Made by a program: the position numbers and the translations under genes. A model generated the notes under the pieces. The model was not told the DNA's origin. It saw nothing but the letters and a program-made list of their open reading frames with translations, and made no database searches. From Terriglobia bacterium (GTDB lineage Bacteria; Acidobacteriota; Terriglobia; Terriglobales; Acidobacteriaceae), in assembly GCA_963734455.1 (NCBI GenBank), contig CAVTHC010000004.1, forward strand, positions 1,852 to 65,851: a DNA stretch of 64,000 bases, given 5' to 3'. Positions 50,150-63,299 of this stretch are shown here, one piece after another (position 1 is the stretch's first letter; every line of letters begins with the position of its first letter).

Positions 50150-51445
50150 TCAGCAGGCGAGCTGGTCGCGGGTCAGCTTTAATCCGTTGAGATTGCCCAG
50201 AACCGTCACCGCAATGGATTCCGTCTGGAAGAATTCATTGGCCAGTTCGGTCAACTGCTCGACCGTGACGTTCTCGATCCTCTCGATCAGTTCATCCATG
50301 GTGTAGAAGTGGTCGAAGTACATCTCCTGCCGGGCCAGGTTGGACATGCGCGCGCTCGAGGATTCCAGCGACAGCATCAGGCTCCCCTTCAGCTGATCTT
50401 TCGACCGGCGCAACTCCTCCGCGGGAACCGGTTCCACCTTGAGTTTGCGGAATTCCGAGACCACCGACTGCACCACCTTGCCGGCGGATTCGCGCGAGGT
50501 TCCGGCATAGACCGAGAGGCATCCGGTATCGCGGTAGGGTGACAGGTCGCTGTAGATGGCGTAGGCCAGGCCCTGGCGCTCGCGAATATTCTGGAACAGC
50601 CGCGAACTCATGCCGCCGCCGAGCAAAGTATTCAGAATGTAGGACGCGTGCCGGTTTTCATGAGCAATGGGATGGGAAGGCACGCCCACACAAATCTGCA
50701 CCTGCTCCAGAGCTTTCTTGTTGCGCATGATGATGCGCGCCGCGGTCTTGGGCGGAGAGCCGTGGAAGCCGTTCTTCATCGGCTTCATGTGTCCGAAGTG
50801 ACGGATCGCAAGGTCCACGAATTGCTTGTGCTTCAGATGGCCGGCGGCGGAAATAATCATGTTGCCGGGCGCAAAACGCTGCTTGTAAAAATCCCGCACC
50901 GGATCGCGCTCGAACTTCCGGACCGTGTCCTTGGTTCCCAGGATGGGTTTCCCCAGGGGATGGTCTTTCCAGAAACTCTGGGTAAAGATTTCGTGGACCA
51001 GATAATCGGGATTGTCCTCGTCCATTTTTATTTCTTCGAGGATCACGCCGCGCTCCCGGCCAATGTCGTTGGCGTCAAAGACCGGGTTCAGCACCAGATC
51101 GCTGAGCACGTCCATGGCGACGGGCAAATGCTCGTCCAGCACTTTGATGTTGAAGCCGATGCATTCCTTGGCGGTAAAAGCGTCCATGTTGCCGCCGATG
51201 GAGTCGACCTCGCGCGCAATTTTCTCCGCGCTGCGGTTCTTCGTGCCCTTGAACACCATGTGCTCGATGAAGTGCGAGATGCCGTTCTGCTGCAGGTCCT
51301 CGTCCCGGGAACCCGTCTTGATCCAGATTCCGATCGAAGCCGAGCGAATGTGTTCCATCTCCTCGGTAATGAGGATCAGCCCGTTGGGCAGCATTTCGCG
51401 GCGTATGTTTCGGACCTCCTGCACCATACAGGTATTGTTGCACAA
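50150..51445 (-). CDS. M16-family (pitrilysin/insulinase-like) zinc peptidase
   Basis: Inverted zinc motif HFIEH (HxxEH) near the N-terminus. Two-domain length of about 430 aa. Confidence 0.85.
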   Translation of the reverse strand: MCNNTCMVQEVRNIRREMLPNGLILITEEMEHIRSASIGIWIKTGSRDEDLQQNGISHFIEHMVFKGTKNRSAEKIAREVDSIGGNMDAFTAKECIGFNIKVLDEHLPVAMDVLSDLVLNPVFDANDIGRERGVILEEIKMDEDNPDYLVHEIFTQSFWKDHPLGKPILGTKDTVRKFERDPVRDFYKQRFAPGNMIISAAGHLKHKQFVDLAIRHFGHMKPMKNGFHGSPPKTAARIIMRNKKALEQVQICVGVPSHPIAHENRHASYILNTLLGGGMSSRLFQNIRERQGLAYAIYSDLSPYRDTGCLSVYAGTSRESAGKVVQSVVSEFRKLKVEPVPAEELRRSKDQLKGSLMLSLESSSARMSNLARQEMYFDHFYTMDELIERIENVTVEQLTELANEFFQTESIAVTVLGNLNGLKLTRDQLAC

Positions 51446-51568
51446 CGTGGCGGGCTGCGGCTAATGCCAGGGTAATCGTTTAGAATCAATAGAATACGGT
51501 TGATTTTGGTGCCGAGACGTCAAACCGGCAGGGCGAGCCACGGTGCCGCCGTATCCTCTACAATCGAG

Positions 51569-51636
51569 ATGGAGGACGGGCGTCCCGCCCGTCGTGCACA
51601 GTCCGATACCAGACGGGCGGGACGCCCGTCCTCCAT
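51569..51636. repeat. REP-like palindrome (family C variant) upstream of rlmN
   Basis: ATGGAGGACGGGCGTCCCGCCCGTC (51569-51593) is the exact reverse complement of 51612-51636, with an 18-nt spacer. Confidence 0.85.
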
Positions 51637-51684
51637 TCTCACCGCGAAGGGCGCAAAGGCTGAGGTGTTCTGAAAATCATAGTT

Positions 51685-52809
51685 ATGGACCCGGTCACGC
51701 ACACCTCGTTGCTAGGACTTCAGCTTCCCGAGTTGACCCTCCTGGTCGAAGAGTTCGGGCAGCCGGACTATCGCGCCCGCCAGCTTTTCGATGCGCTTTA
51801 TCGACAGAGAGTGGAAACTCCCGAGCAGATTTCAACCCTTCCTCAGGATTTTCGCCGGAGCCTTTCTGAGAAGGGAATTTCTGTCGGTCTTCCGGTGATC
51901 GAAAAGAAGTTCGTCTCCGCCGATGGGACGGTGCGCTACCTGGTGGCCTGCGGCGATGGCCAAAGCGTGGAAACCGTCTGGATGCCCGAAGGAGATGGAG
52001 GCGAAGCGGGCGACGGCAGCGAAGCCGGCAACCAGATGGAGACGGCAGGGCGCGGCTGGGACCGCGCAACCATATGCGTCTCCAGCCAGGTGGGCTGCGC
52101 GGTGGATTGTCAGTTCTGCCTGACCGCGCTGCTGGGAATAAAACGGAACCTGACCGCGGGCGAAATCGTGGGACAAGTGTGCGCCGTGCTTAATGATCAG
52201 CGCGTTTCGCTGCCTCTGCACCGCATCAACCTGGTCTTCATGGGGATGGGCGAGCCCTTCCTGAACTATGGAAACTTCATGAAGGCGGTCCACCTCCTGG
52301 TCGAGGGAGTGGGCATCACCGAATCGCGCATGACGGTTTCGACGGCGGGGATTGTGCCTGCCATCTACGATTTTGGGCTGGAGCCGGTGCGTCCGAAAAT
52401 CGCGATCTCGCTCAATGCCTCGAATGACGAGTTGCGCACCCGGCTGATGCCGATTAATCGCAAGTGGAACCTGGAAAAGCTGATGGCCGCGGCCCGGCAG
52501 TTTCCGCTGCGCAACCGGGAAAATCTTACTTTCGAATACGTGTTGCTGGACGGAGTCAATGACTCCGCCGAGAATGCCCGCGAAGTGGTGGAGTTGGTTC
52601 GCGGCTTGCGGGCGAAACTCAATTTGATCGCGCTGAATCCCGGACCCGGAATTGATTTCAGGACGCCGGCTCAGGAGCGGGTGCTGCAGTTCCAGAATAT
52701 TTTGCGAGCGGCCGGGGTGCCTGCGTTCGTCCGCCGTCCTCGAGGGCGGGACATTTATGCCGCCTGCGGGCAGCTCAAGCGAACTGTGGAACTGGCGCCG
52801 GCGTCGTAG
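51685..52809 (+). CDS. rlmN: 23S rRNA/tRNA adenine-C2 methyltransferase RlmN (radical SAM)
   Basis: CAVDCQFC radical-SAM cluster motif, GMGEPFLNY, and C-terminal ACGQLK. N-terminal YRARQLFDALY is typical of RlmN. Confidence 0.9.
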   Translation: MDPVTHTSLLGLQLPELTLLVEEFGQPDYRARQLFDALYRQRVETPEQISTLPQDFRRSLSEKGISVGLPVIEKKFVSADGTVRYLVACGDGQSVETVWMPEGDGGEAGDGSEAGNQMETAGRGWDRATICVSSQVGCAVDCQFCLTALLGIKRNLTAGEIVGQVCAVLNDQRVSLPLHRINLVFMGMGEPFLNYGNFMKAVHLLVEGVGITESRMTVSTAGIVPAIYDFGLEPVRPKIAISLNASNDELRTRLMPINRKWNLEKLMAAARQFPLRNRENLTFEYVLLDGVNDSAENAREVVELVRGLRAKLNLIALNPGPGIDFRTPAQERVLQFQNILRAAGVPAFVRRPRGRDIYAACGQLKRTVELAPAS

Positions 52810-52817
52810 GGCTTGTT

Positions 52818-52961
52818 CGTAGCGCCGGCGTCCCGCCGGCTGTCCGGCGGGCGTCCCGCCCGCCGTGGGAGCGCGAGCAATCTGCGGCGCACAGAGCAGT
52901 GTTTCATTCCAATGAGGCGGCGAGACGCCGCCTCGACAGCCGGCGGGACGCCGGCGCTACG
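52818..52961. repeat. pair of inverted REP-like units (family C)
   Basis: CGTAGCGCCGGCGTCCCGCCGGCTGTC (52818-52844) is the exact reverse complement of 52935-52961. Internal hairpins include GAGGCGGCG-AGA-CGCCGCCTC. Confidence 0.85.
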
Positions 52962-52966
52962 AAAAT

Positions 52967-55669
<2,703 letters not shown>

Positions 55670-55793
55670 GTCTGAATAATCGGCAAGATCGAGTCAGTTC
55701 GTTAGGGAATTCCGGAGTCTGGGCCTGGGTGGTTGCTTCGAACGAAAGGTCAGGTCTGGGGCGTCACTGAGGAAAAGGCATTGCCGCTCGACC

Positions 55794-55839
55794 GAGGGCG
55801 AGACGCCCTCGGGACAGCCGGCGGGACGCCGGCGCTACG
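55794..55839. repeat. single REP-like unit (family C)
   Basis: GAGGGCG-AGA-CGCCCTC followed by GACAGCCGGCGGGACGCCGGCGCTACG, identical to 52935-52961. Confidence 0.85.
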
Positions 55840-55848
55840 GGGAACCTT

Positions 55849-58120
55849 CTATTTTCCCGTTTCCAGTTCTTGCGCTGCCGAATCTATGAGCGTGGCTTCG
55901 TCCTGCAGAGCGTTGGCCGCCCGCACGATCTGTTGGTCGGCCTCTTTCCAATGTTTCTGCTCGATGGCTTCGCGGACGCCCGGGATGGTCTTCACGTCAT
56001 AGCCGGTGTATTGGCCGGGAGCGTAAATCAGGTGCTGGAACCAGGGACGGCCCGGGAGCCCTTCCGGAGAAGTGAGCTTGCGCTCGCTCTGCATGAGTTT
56101 TTCGTTCAGCGCTTGCAGTTCGGCCGGGGCCACCGCCAGCTCGCCGTTGGCGCTGACTTTTTCGAGCGCCTTCTGATAGCGCTCCGCGCTGTGGGTAAGG
56201 GCGTCGGACGCATTCTGCAGGGGCGCGAAGTTCAAGTGCGGGGGGACTTCTTGCACAGGAGGCGGGACGGAAGTTTTCTTGGGATCGGCGGTGGCGGTGA
56301 AGACTCCCTCCTCGATCTCCAGGTTGCGCTCGATGGCCTCGTCGCGCTTGCTCTCCGAGAGCTTCTGCAGTTCGTCGAGGTAGCGATGGACGGTGTCCGC
56401 CAAGCCGGTGAAATTGTAGGGCAGCAGGTCGGCGTCGGCGAGCCTGATGACCGCGGTGCCGGCGGTCTGCGAGAGCGCGCGCCCGTAGCTGAAATCGGTA
56501 TCGGAGAAATGGGTGTACCAGTAAAAGTCGTCGTAGATGGAGTGGTAGATGCCGCCGCCATCTTCGTCGCCAAAGCTCAGGTCGAGCGACGCGATGCCCA
56601 GATGATCGAGGAACACGGTCCAGTCGGACCCCGAGCCCAGCGCGTCAATGCGCAGGTCGGCGCGATCGCGAACGTCTTTCCGGTCTTCGGGCGTTTTGGC
56701 GTCGGCGATGGCCTTCAGCTGGTCGCGTTTCCACACCGTGATCTTTTTCTCCGGATCTTGAATGTCGCGGGCCACGCCATTGATGAACCCTTCGAGCGTG
56801 TGGGACCCACCCATGGTCAGGTAGCCGCGGGAGTTGCCGTCGCTATTGATGTAGGCCACGGCGTGCCGGCGAAGTTCGTCGGCGTGGGCTTCGCCCCATT
56901 CCGTGGACCCGAGCAGTCCGGGTTCTTCGCCATCCCACACGCAATAAATAATGGTGCGCCTGGGTTTCCATCCCTGCTGCAGCAGCGCGGCGAGGCCGCG
57001 GGCTTCCTCCATCAGGACCACGGTGCCTGAAACCGGGTCCTGGGCGCCGTTTACCCAGGCGTCGTGATGATTTCCGCGCACGATCCACTCATCGGGACTG
57101 GCCGAGCCGGGAATTTTTACGATGACGTCATACACCGGCTTGATGTCCCAGTTGGATTGCACCTTGAGATGAACTTTCGCCGGGCCGGGGCCCACGTGAT
57201 AAGTCTGGGGCAGGGAACCGCGCCACGCTTCGGGGACAACCTCTCCCTTAAGCGCGGCCAGCAGGGGTTGGGCGTCGGCGTAGGAGATCGGCAAGACCGG
57301 AATTTTGGTGAGGGTCCTGGCGTCCTTCAAGTCGAGACGCTTGGCGTCCTTCGTGGCTCCAACGCCGGGCGTGAGCGGATCGCCGGGATAAAGAGGCATA
57401 TCGGCCACGCTGCCGCGTTGCACGCCATCGCGAGGACGCCATGCGCCGGTGGGAAAAACGTCGCCCTGGACGTAGCCATCGTCGGCCGGATCGGAATAGA
57501 TGAGGCATCCCACGCGCGCCGTGCTCGGCTGCCACCTTGGGCTTGATGCCGCGCCAGGAATTTCCGTAGCGCGCGATCACGATTGCGCCCTTGACCGAAA
57601 CTCCCATGCGATCGAGCTTTTCGTAGTCATCCGGGATGCCGTAGTTGACGTAAACCAGCGGAGCGGTGACGTCGCCGTCGGCGGAGTAGGCGTTGTAGGT
57701 GGGAAGCTGTTCGGCTTGCTGGTTGGAAGTGGGATCGACGGCCAGCGCCGGCTCCTGCAGTTTAGCGATGAATTTCGTGGGCTCCAGCAGTTCGACGACC
57801 CGCACTTTTGGAGTCGGAAACAGGACGTCGAAGGTCTCGATGTTGGCGTCGAGCCCCCATTCCTTGAATTTGGCCAGCATCCATTCGGCGTTGTCCTTGT
57901 CGTAGGGAGAGCCGACGTGATGCGGCCGGGCGGAGAGGCGCTGCATGTAGTCGCGCTGGTTCTGGGGCTGGGGGATGGCGCGGAATTTAGTTTCCCAGTC
58001 GCGCTGGGTGCGCGACGTAGCCGCGGAATAACCGTTCAGAGGTTGTTCGGTTTCAGGGGATGCGGCCAAGAGCAGGAAGCAGGAAAAGACCAGTAAGAAG
58101 AGCCGGGCGCCAGAGCGCAT
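55849..58120 (-). pseudogene. M28-family peptidase of the glutamate-carboxypeptidase-II / transferrin-receptor-like type, frame broken by one extra nt near 57513
   Basis: The N-terminal ORF (signal, PA-domain region ...GAIVIARYGNSWRGIKPKVAAEHGA) continues in another frame as VGCLIYSDPADDGY...RGNHHDAWVNGAQDP...DGEEPGLLGS. 2272 nt minus 1 gives 757 codons. Confidence 0.8.
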
Positions 58121-58473
58121 TCATTTCCTCCGTGGGATTCGAGCGGACTGGGCATTATAGATTCTGCAGCCAGCGGAATACTATCTGACGTTGAAGGAAT
58201 CAGGGGTGCCCCATTTTTTGTCTGGTCCCAGGACATGGCTTACAAAGCGTCCCAACACATCCCTTACACTCCGCTCGTCCGCGAAGCGGGCGAGGGAGAA
58301 AGATGCCCTGGGACACCCTGTAAAGGATGTCATGGGTCTGAACAAAAAGAAGCGAAAGGTGGGGCACCCCAGGTTTAGTCAATGCAAATTTCTTACGAAG
58401 CCCTTGCCGCTGCCGCACGAGCGTGGACGCTCGCGCCTACATTCTGTAATATCGTTGCCATCGAACAGGTGAG

Positions 58474-60315
58474 TTGACTCGATTGTTATTCCAAGCGCTG
58501 CGACATCGGTTTCTGTGGCGGCAGAGAGCTCCCATCGACCCCGGCGAGATACGCCGCATCGAACGATGGCTGGCTACAGCTCGCGTTTTCCTGGCTATCT
58601 CTGCGCTGGTCGCGGTCCGGCTTGATCCCGGGGAAATCGGCTACTCCTTTTGGGCATATGGGCTGTTGGCGTTTTATATCGCCCAGGGGATGGTCATCAT
58701 CCTGCTGCTGCGGCGGCGCGAACAGTCAACTGTCTCCTTTCGCCGGCTGGTGCACGCGGCCGACATCGTTTGGCCGGCGTTGATCTCGATTTTCGCCACT
58801 GGCCAGGCCAATCCTTTTTTTCTCTTCTTCGTTTTTGTGCTGGCGGCGGCCGCCTATCGCTGGGGAGTGTGGGAGACGGTGGCCACCGCGGCTTCGGAGA
58901 TTTCCCTGCTGTGGCTGGAGAGCCTGGCGTTTTACATGGGTTTCTTTGGCGGGGTGGACCGCCTGCTGGCGCGTTACCACCTGCCCCGTTTGGGAGTGCA
59001 GGCGGCGGATTTCGAGCCCAAACGGCTTTTCATGCTCTCGATTTATCTGCTGGTGATGGGCCTGCTGCTGGGTTACCTGGCGGAACAGCAGAAACAGTTG
59101 CGTTCGGAAAAAGCGGTGATCGCGCGCATCCTGGGCAAGGTGCGGGTCGAAGCCGGTCTCAGCGGCACGCTGCAGGAAATTGTCGGAGAACTGCTGGTGA
59201 TGTACGGCGCGGAGCGGGCGTTGATTGCGTCGCAGGAGTCCACCGGGCATCGCGTCTATGTGGGTGAAATGGTGCTGCGGAATGGCGAGGCGTCCTTCTT
59301 CCGCTGGCTCGATCCGGCGTCTTCCGACCGCGACACCTACCTGTTCGATTATCCCGCGGAAACGTCCTTCGCGTGGCCCGACGGTCGATCGGGAAACGGC
59401 AGCTATACCCTGTTGGGCCTTGATCATGCGGGACAGAAAATTCCCAACGCGCCGGCGGCGTTTCTCCACCCGCTGGCGCAGCAACACAAGTTCAAACAGC
59501 TGATGACGGTCTCCTTTGTCTTCGGCAAGGAATGGTGGGGCCGAATTTTCTTTCTGGAACCGGCGCTGACGGGAGAGATGACGGAAGAGTTGCGCTTCCT
59601 GCAGGAGCTGGTACGCCAGATTGGCCCGGCGGTGTACAACGTTTATTTGCTGCGGCGCCTGCGGCTGCGGGCCGGGGCCCTCGAACGCGCCCGTTTTGCC
59701 CGCGAGCTGCACGACGGCGCGGTGCAGTCGCTGATCGCCGTGGAAATGCAGGTCGATGTGCTGCGGCGTCAGTCGGCAACCCGGTCGGAACTGGTGCCGG
59801 AAGAGCTGGGCAGAATCCAGGGGCTGTTGCGCGAAGAAGTGCTGAAGCTCAGGGAACTGATGCAGCAGATGAAATCGCTGGATGTGGATTCGCGCAAGCT
59901 GATTGGCTTCCTGGCCGACACGGTGGAAAGATTTCAACGCGAAACCGGAATCACGGCGCGCTTCAGCTCCGACCTGGAACAGCCCGACATGTCGCAACCG
60001 GTGTGCCGCGAATTGACCCGCATCGTGCAAGAGGGGCTGGTGAATGTCCGCAAACACAGCCAGGCCCGCACGGCGTTGGTCCGGCTGAGCGCCCGCAACG
60101 GCCGCTGGACGCTGGTGATCGAAGATGACGGACGCGGCTTCCCCTTCTCCGGCCGCCTTTCCCAGGTGGACCTTGACGCCATGGGCAAGGGGCCACTGGT
60201 GATCAAGGAGCGGGTCCGTGTCATTGCAGGCGAACTCACGATAGAATCGAACCCGGGACAGGGCTCGCGGCTCGAGATCAGTGTCCCGCAGAAGCCGGAA
60301 GCGGCGTATGGATAA
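58474..60315 (+). CDS. NarX/DesK-type (HisKA_3) sensor histidine kinase with polytopic N-terminus and GAF-like region
   Basis: Several N-terminal TM segments. H-box RARFARELHDGAVQSL. ATPase domain VRKHSQA...IEDDGRGF...GPLVIKERV. The TTG start is uncertain. Confidence 0.85.
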   Translation: MTRLLFQALRHRFLWRQRAPIDPGEIRRIERWLATARVFLAISALVAVRLDPGEIGYSFWAYGLLAFYIAQGMVIILLLRRREQSTVSFRRLVHAADIVWPALISIFATGQANPFFLFFVFVLAAAAYRWGVWETVATAASEISLLWLESLAFYMGFFGGVDRLLARYHLPRLGVQAADFEPKRLFMLSIYLLVMGLLLGYLAEQQKQLRSEKAVIARILGKVRVEAGLSGTLQEIVGELLVMYGAERALIASQESTGHRVYVGEMVLRNGEASFFRWLDPASSDRDTYLFDYPAETSFAWPDGRSGNGSYTLLGLDHAGQKIPNAPAAFLHPLAQQHKFKQLMTVSFVFGKEWWGRIFFLEPALTGEMTEELRFLQELVRQIGPAVYNVYLLRRLRLRAGALERARFARELHDGAVQSLIAVEMQVDVLRRQSATRSELVPEELGRIQGLLREEVLKLRELMQQMKSLDVDSRKLIGFLADTVERFQRETGITARFSSDLEQPDMSQPVCRELTRIVQEGLVNVRKHSQARTALVRLSARNGRWTLVIEDDGRGFPFSGRLSQVDLDAMGKGPLVIKERVRVIAGELTIESNPGQGSRLEISVPQKPEAAYG

Positions 60316-60994
60316 TCGCAGACCTCAACCCGTGCGCATCGTGATTGCGGACGACCATCCTATTTTTCGCGATGGCCTGCGCCGTCTCCTGGAGGCTGAA
60401 CCCGACCTCAAGGTCATTGGCGAAGCCTGCGACGGAAGCGAAGCGGTGCGCATGGCCCGCCAGCTGAAGCCGGACATCATGCTTCTCGACCTGGCCATGC
60501 CGCGGATGCCCGGGCTCGAAGCGTTGCGGGAAATGAGCACCGGGCCCGCCCATTCGGTTCGCGTGATCCTGCTGACCGCCGCGGCCGAGAAGAAACAGAT
60601 TGTCGAAGCCCTGCAGCTGGGGGCGCGCGGCGTGGTATTGAAGGATTCCGCCACCCAGCTGCTGCTGAAAAGCATCCAGACCGTGATGTCAGGGGAGTAC
60701 TGGGTGGGGCGGGAGAGCGTCTCCAACCTGGTGCAATACCTGAGGAACCTGGTGCAATCCTCCGGCGAAGAGGCCAAGCAGAAGAAATTCGGCCTGACGC
60801 CCCGGGAACTGGAGATCGTCTCGGCCGTGGTGGCCGGCTACTCCAACAAGGAAATCGCGGAATACTTCAAAATCAGCGAAGACACGGTGAAGCATCACCT
60901 GAGTAACATTTTCGATAAACTCGGGGTGTCTACCCGCCTGGAATTGGCCCTGTTTGCGGTGAACCAGGGCTTGCCGCTCAAGACGATCGCCTAA
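60308..60994 (+). CDS. NarL/LuxR-family response regulator
   Basis: Receiver VRIVIADDHPIFRDGL...IMLLDLAMPRMPG and C-terminal LuxR HTH (LTPRELEIVSAVVAGYSNKEIAEYFKISEDTVKHHLSNIFDKLGV). The ATG at 60308 overlaps the kinase 3' end. Confidence 0.9.
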   Translation: MDNRRPQPVRIVIADDHPIFRDGLRRLLEAEPDLKVIGEACDGSEAVRMARQLKPDIMLLDLAMPRMPGLEALREMSTGPAHSVRVILLTAAAEKKQIVEALQLGARGVVLKDSATQLLLKSIQTVMSGEYWVGRESVSNLVQYLRNLVQSSGEEAKQKKFGLTPRELEIVSAVVAGYSNKEIAEYFKISEDTVKHHLSNIFDKLGVSTRLELALFAVNQGLPLKTIA

Positions 60995-61170
60995 AGGCAT
61001 AGCACTTTCGTGCCACATATTTCCACATTTGGGCTATTGGCTTTAAGCCCTGGCACAGCTAACCTGATACCAGACTTTAACTCTGAGTTTAGCGCCCGTC
61101 AGTAGTTTGGGCTGGACGTGTACTCAGACGAGGAAATTTAGCAGGCCGAAAGGGTCCAAGGAGGGCGCCG

Positions 61171-61335
61171 ATGGCACAGTTACTGCACCACATCTGGCAT
61201 GACGAACAGGGACAGGATGTTGCCGAATATGCGGTGATGCTGGCGGTGATTCTGGTAATCGTAGTCGGGACGATCCGGCTCATCGGTTCCAACGCCAACA
61301 ACGTATTTTCTTCGGTCGGTAGCGCGATTCAGTAG
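61171..61335 (+). CDS. flp: Flp/Fap-family type IVb pilin (54 aa)
   Basis: Not in the ORF track because it is under 60 aa. AAGGAGGG lies 6 nt upstream of the ATG. MAQLLHHIWHDEQGQDVAEYAVMLAVILVIVVGTIRLIGS... carries the Flp motif (G-x-x-x-x-EY followed by a hydrophobic helix). Confidence 0.7.
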   Translation: MAQLLHHIWHDEQGQDVAEYAVMLAVILVIVVGTIRLIGSNANNVFSSVGSAIQ

Positions 61336-61741
61336 GCTCGAACTCCGAGTTGGCCCCCCAGCCACCAACCGGGTTCAGGTTCAGGGTCCCCCGTACTCCT
61401 CTCACTGATTCCCATACCCTCACTTGAATTTGCCGCCGAACCCGCGGTCTGCAACCGCGCAATCGCTGCTGCTCGCGCGATGCCTTGCGCCTGCCTTATC
61501 GCTTCTTGTCTCCGCCATTGAAATGGGAGTGTCCCATCCTTCGCGTACTTTGCGAAGGCGGGAGGCGCGGGCGTTTCGATCTTGTTCGCGGGAATCTGAA
61601 CTACTCACCACGGTATGACGTCGAAAGAAAGCCCCCCAAGGGGAGCTTGGACGGGCACGCTCAAGAGATTGCCCGTCTGCGGAATTGTCAAAATTTTGTC
61701 TTACTGGCCAACCTCGGCTGAGCAGGGGCTACAATCTGCGA

Positions 61742-63232
61742 ATGAAACCGTTCCTGCTTCGCCTCATCGCTATCCTTCTAATCGCGGTCAATTCTGCACC
61801 TCAACTATGGGCCACCTGTGGTGGCGGCGGAGGCGGTGGGATGGGAGGCATGAGCGCGCCGGGCATGGGATCTGGCATGGGGATGCCGGCCGAGCAGGTA
61901 TACAACGTTCCGTGGCGCGTGCGCCTGCCCGAGCTTCCGCCGGTGACCGCGGGCCTGGTGCTCTACTGGTTCCCGTCGTCGGTGCAAGAGGTGCAGAAAT
62001 CGAGCATGCGCACCTCGCGCGTGTTGTCGCTTTATGCCGCGCAATGCGTCGCCATGGAAATTGTTGACGCGGCCACTCCGCTGGGACAAAAGCTGGTGGG
62101 CGCGGACAAGCTGCCCGTCGCCGTTCTTGCCACTCCCGACGGAGATACCGTCGCCAAAATTGAAAACCAGGATGGCTTCCTGCGCGCCGAGCGAGTGGAG
62201 AAAGTCGTCGATGGAGAAATGAAGCGGCGCGACAATTCCCTGGAACAGCAATTGAAGCAGGCCAAGGAACACGCCAAGTCGGGCGACAGTGCCGCCGCCA
62301 TCCCGCTTTACCGCGGCGTATTAGAGCAGAAATGCCTTTTCCCCAAGCGCGCGAAAGACGCAGCCAAGGAATTGAAGAAGCTGGGTGTGAATGATGTGGG
62401 AGACATCCTGAACACTCCGGACTTCGCTTCTCCTATTTTCGCTCGAGCCCAGAGCGCCAGGATCGAGCGCACCATGCTGAGGGGACTGACAGCGGAGAAT
62501 CGCGCCAAATATGCCGAAGCCGGGAAGTTGTATGCCAAGGCGCACAGCATGGATCCGGCCGATCCCACGCCTTTGCGGTATTTAGGGGAACTCTATCGTC
62601 ATCACACCGGCGATTGGGCGAGGGCGCGGCAGACATTTAATCAAATTCTGGCAATGCCGGCCGATCCGCTGGCTCGCGCCGTCGCGCTGCATGGCCTGGG
62701 TAAGATGACCATTCATGAAGGCCAGTTCAAAGATGGCCTGGCCCTGATGGAGCGCTCGGTTGAGGTCTTTCCGATCGCGCTCGCCTACCGCAACCTGGCG
62801 GTGTATTGGAACTCGGAGGGCAATGCGGCGAAAACCGACTACTACGTTCACAAAGCGCTCGACCTCGAGCCTAACGATGCTTATAACCTGGTGTTCGCGG
62901 CCGGCTTCATGGCGGCGAACGGACACGGCGACGAGGCACTGAAGATCGCCCGCGAACACGAGGACATGCTGCCGGCGTCCTACAATCTGGCCGCGATTTA
63001 TGCCCAGCTCGGCCAGCGTGACAAAGCTCTCGCCATGCTCAAACGCCATTTCTTCAGTTATGAACGCTATCAGGCGGTGCGCGCGAAAGAAATGATGGAA
63101 GCCCGTGTCGACGCGGTCTTCGCCTCTCTCCTGAAAGACCCGGCTTTCGTGGCGCTCACCAGCGGCGCCGACGGGCGCCTTCCGTTACCGCAGGACCGGG
63201 GCATGAGCCAGAGCGGGGGAGCCGCGCAGTAG
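61742..63232 (+). CDS. secreted TPR-repeat protein with a Gly/Met-rich N-terminal linker
   Basis: Signal MKPFLLRLIAILLIAVNSAPQLWA, then CGGGGGGGMGGMSAPGMGSGMGMP. The C-terminal half has repeated TPR-like A..Y/L...G...A helices. Confidence 0.7.
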   Translation: MKPFLLRLIAILLIAVNSAPQLWATCGGGGGGGMGGMSAPGMGSGMGMPAEQVYNVPWRVRLPELPPVTAGLVLYWFPSSVQEVQKSSMRTSRVLSLYAAQCVAMEIVDAATPLGQKLVGADKLPVAVLATPDGDTVAKIENQDGFLRAERVEKVVDGEMKRRDNSLEQQLKQAKEHAKSGDSAAAIPLYRGVLEQKCLFPKRAKDAAKELKKLGVNDVGDILNTPDFASPIFARAQSARIERTMLRGLTAENRAKYAEAGKLYAKAHSMDPADPTPLRYLGELYRHHTGDWARARQTFNQILAMPADPLARAVALHGLGKMTIHEGQFKDGLALMERSVEVFPIALAYRNLAVYWNSEGNAAKTDYYVHKALDLEPNDAYNLVFAAGFMAANGHGDEALKIAREHEDMLPASYNLAAIYAQLGQRDKALAMLKRHFFSYERYQAVRAKEMMEARVDAVFASLLKDPAFVALTSGADGRLPLPQDRGMSQSGGAAQ

Positions 63233-63247
63233 AGAAGCTCTCGAGGG

Positions 63248-63299
63248 CGCCCTGTCCTCGTCTCTCCGTTTTTTGGAGAGACAGGGCGGGGCTTTTTTT
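63248..63299 (+). terminator. rho-independent terminator candidate after the TPR gene
   Basis: GC-rich stem (CGCCCTGTC..TCTCTCC / GGAGAGACAGGGCG, with a 4-nt bulge) followed by CTTTTTTTG. Confidence 0.6.

Noticed and set aside
58190-58472. Short ORFs on both strands and the inverted GGGGTGCCCC / GGGGCACCCC pair (58203 / 58350; another GGGGCACCCC near 63389) in the region upstream of the HisKA_3 kinase.
   Set aside because: The ORFs have no coding signal. The 10-mers are too short to call a repeat family from this window alone.
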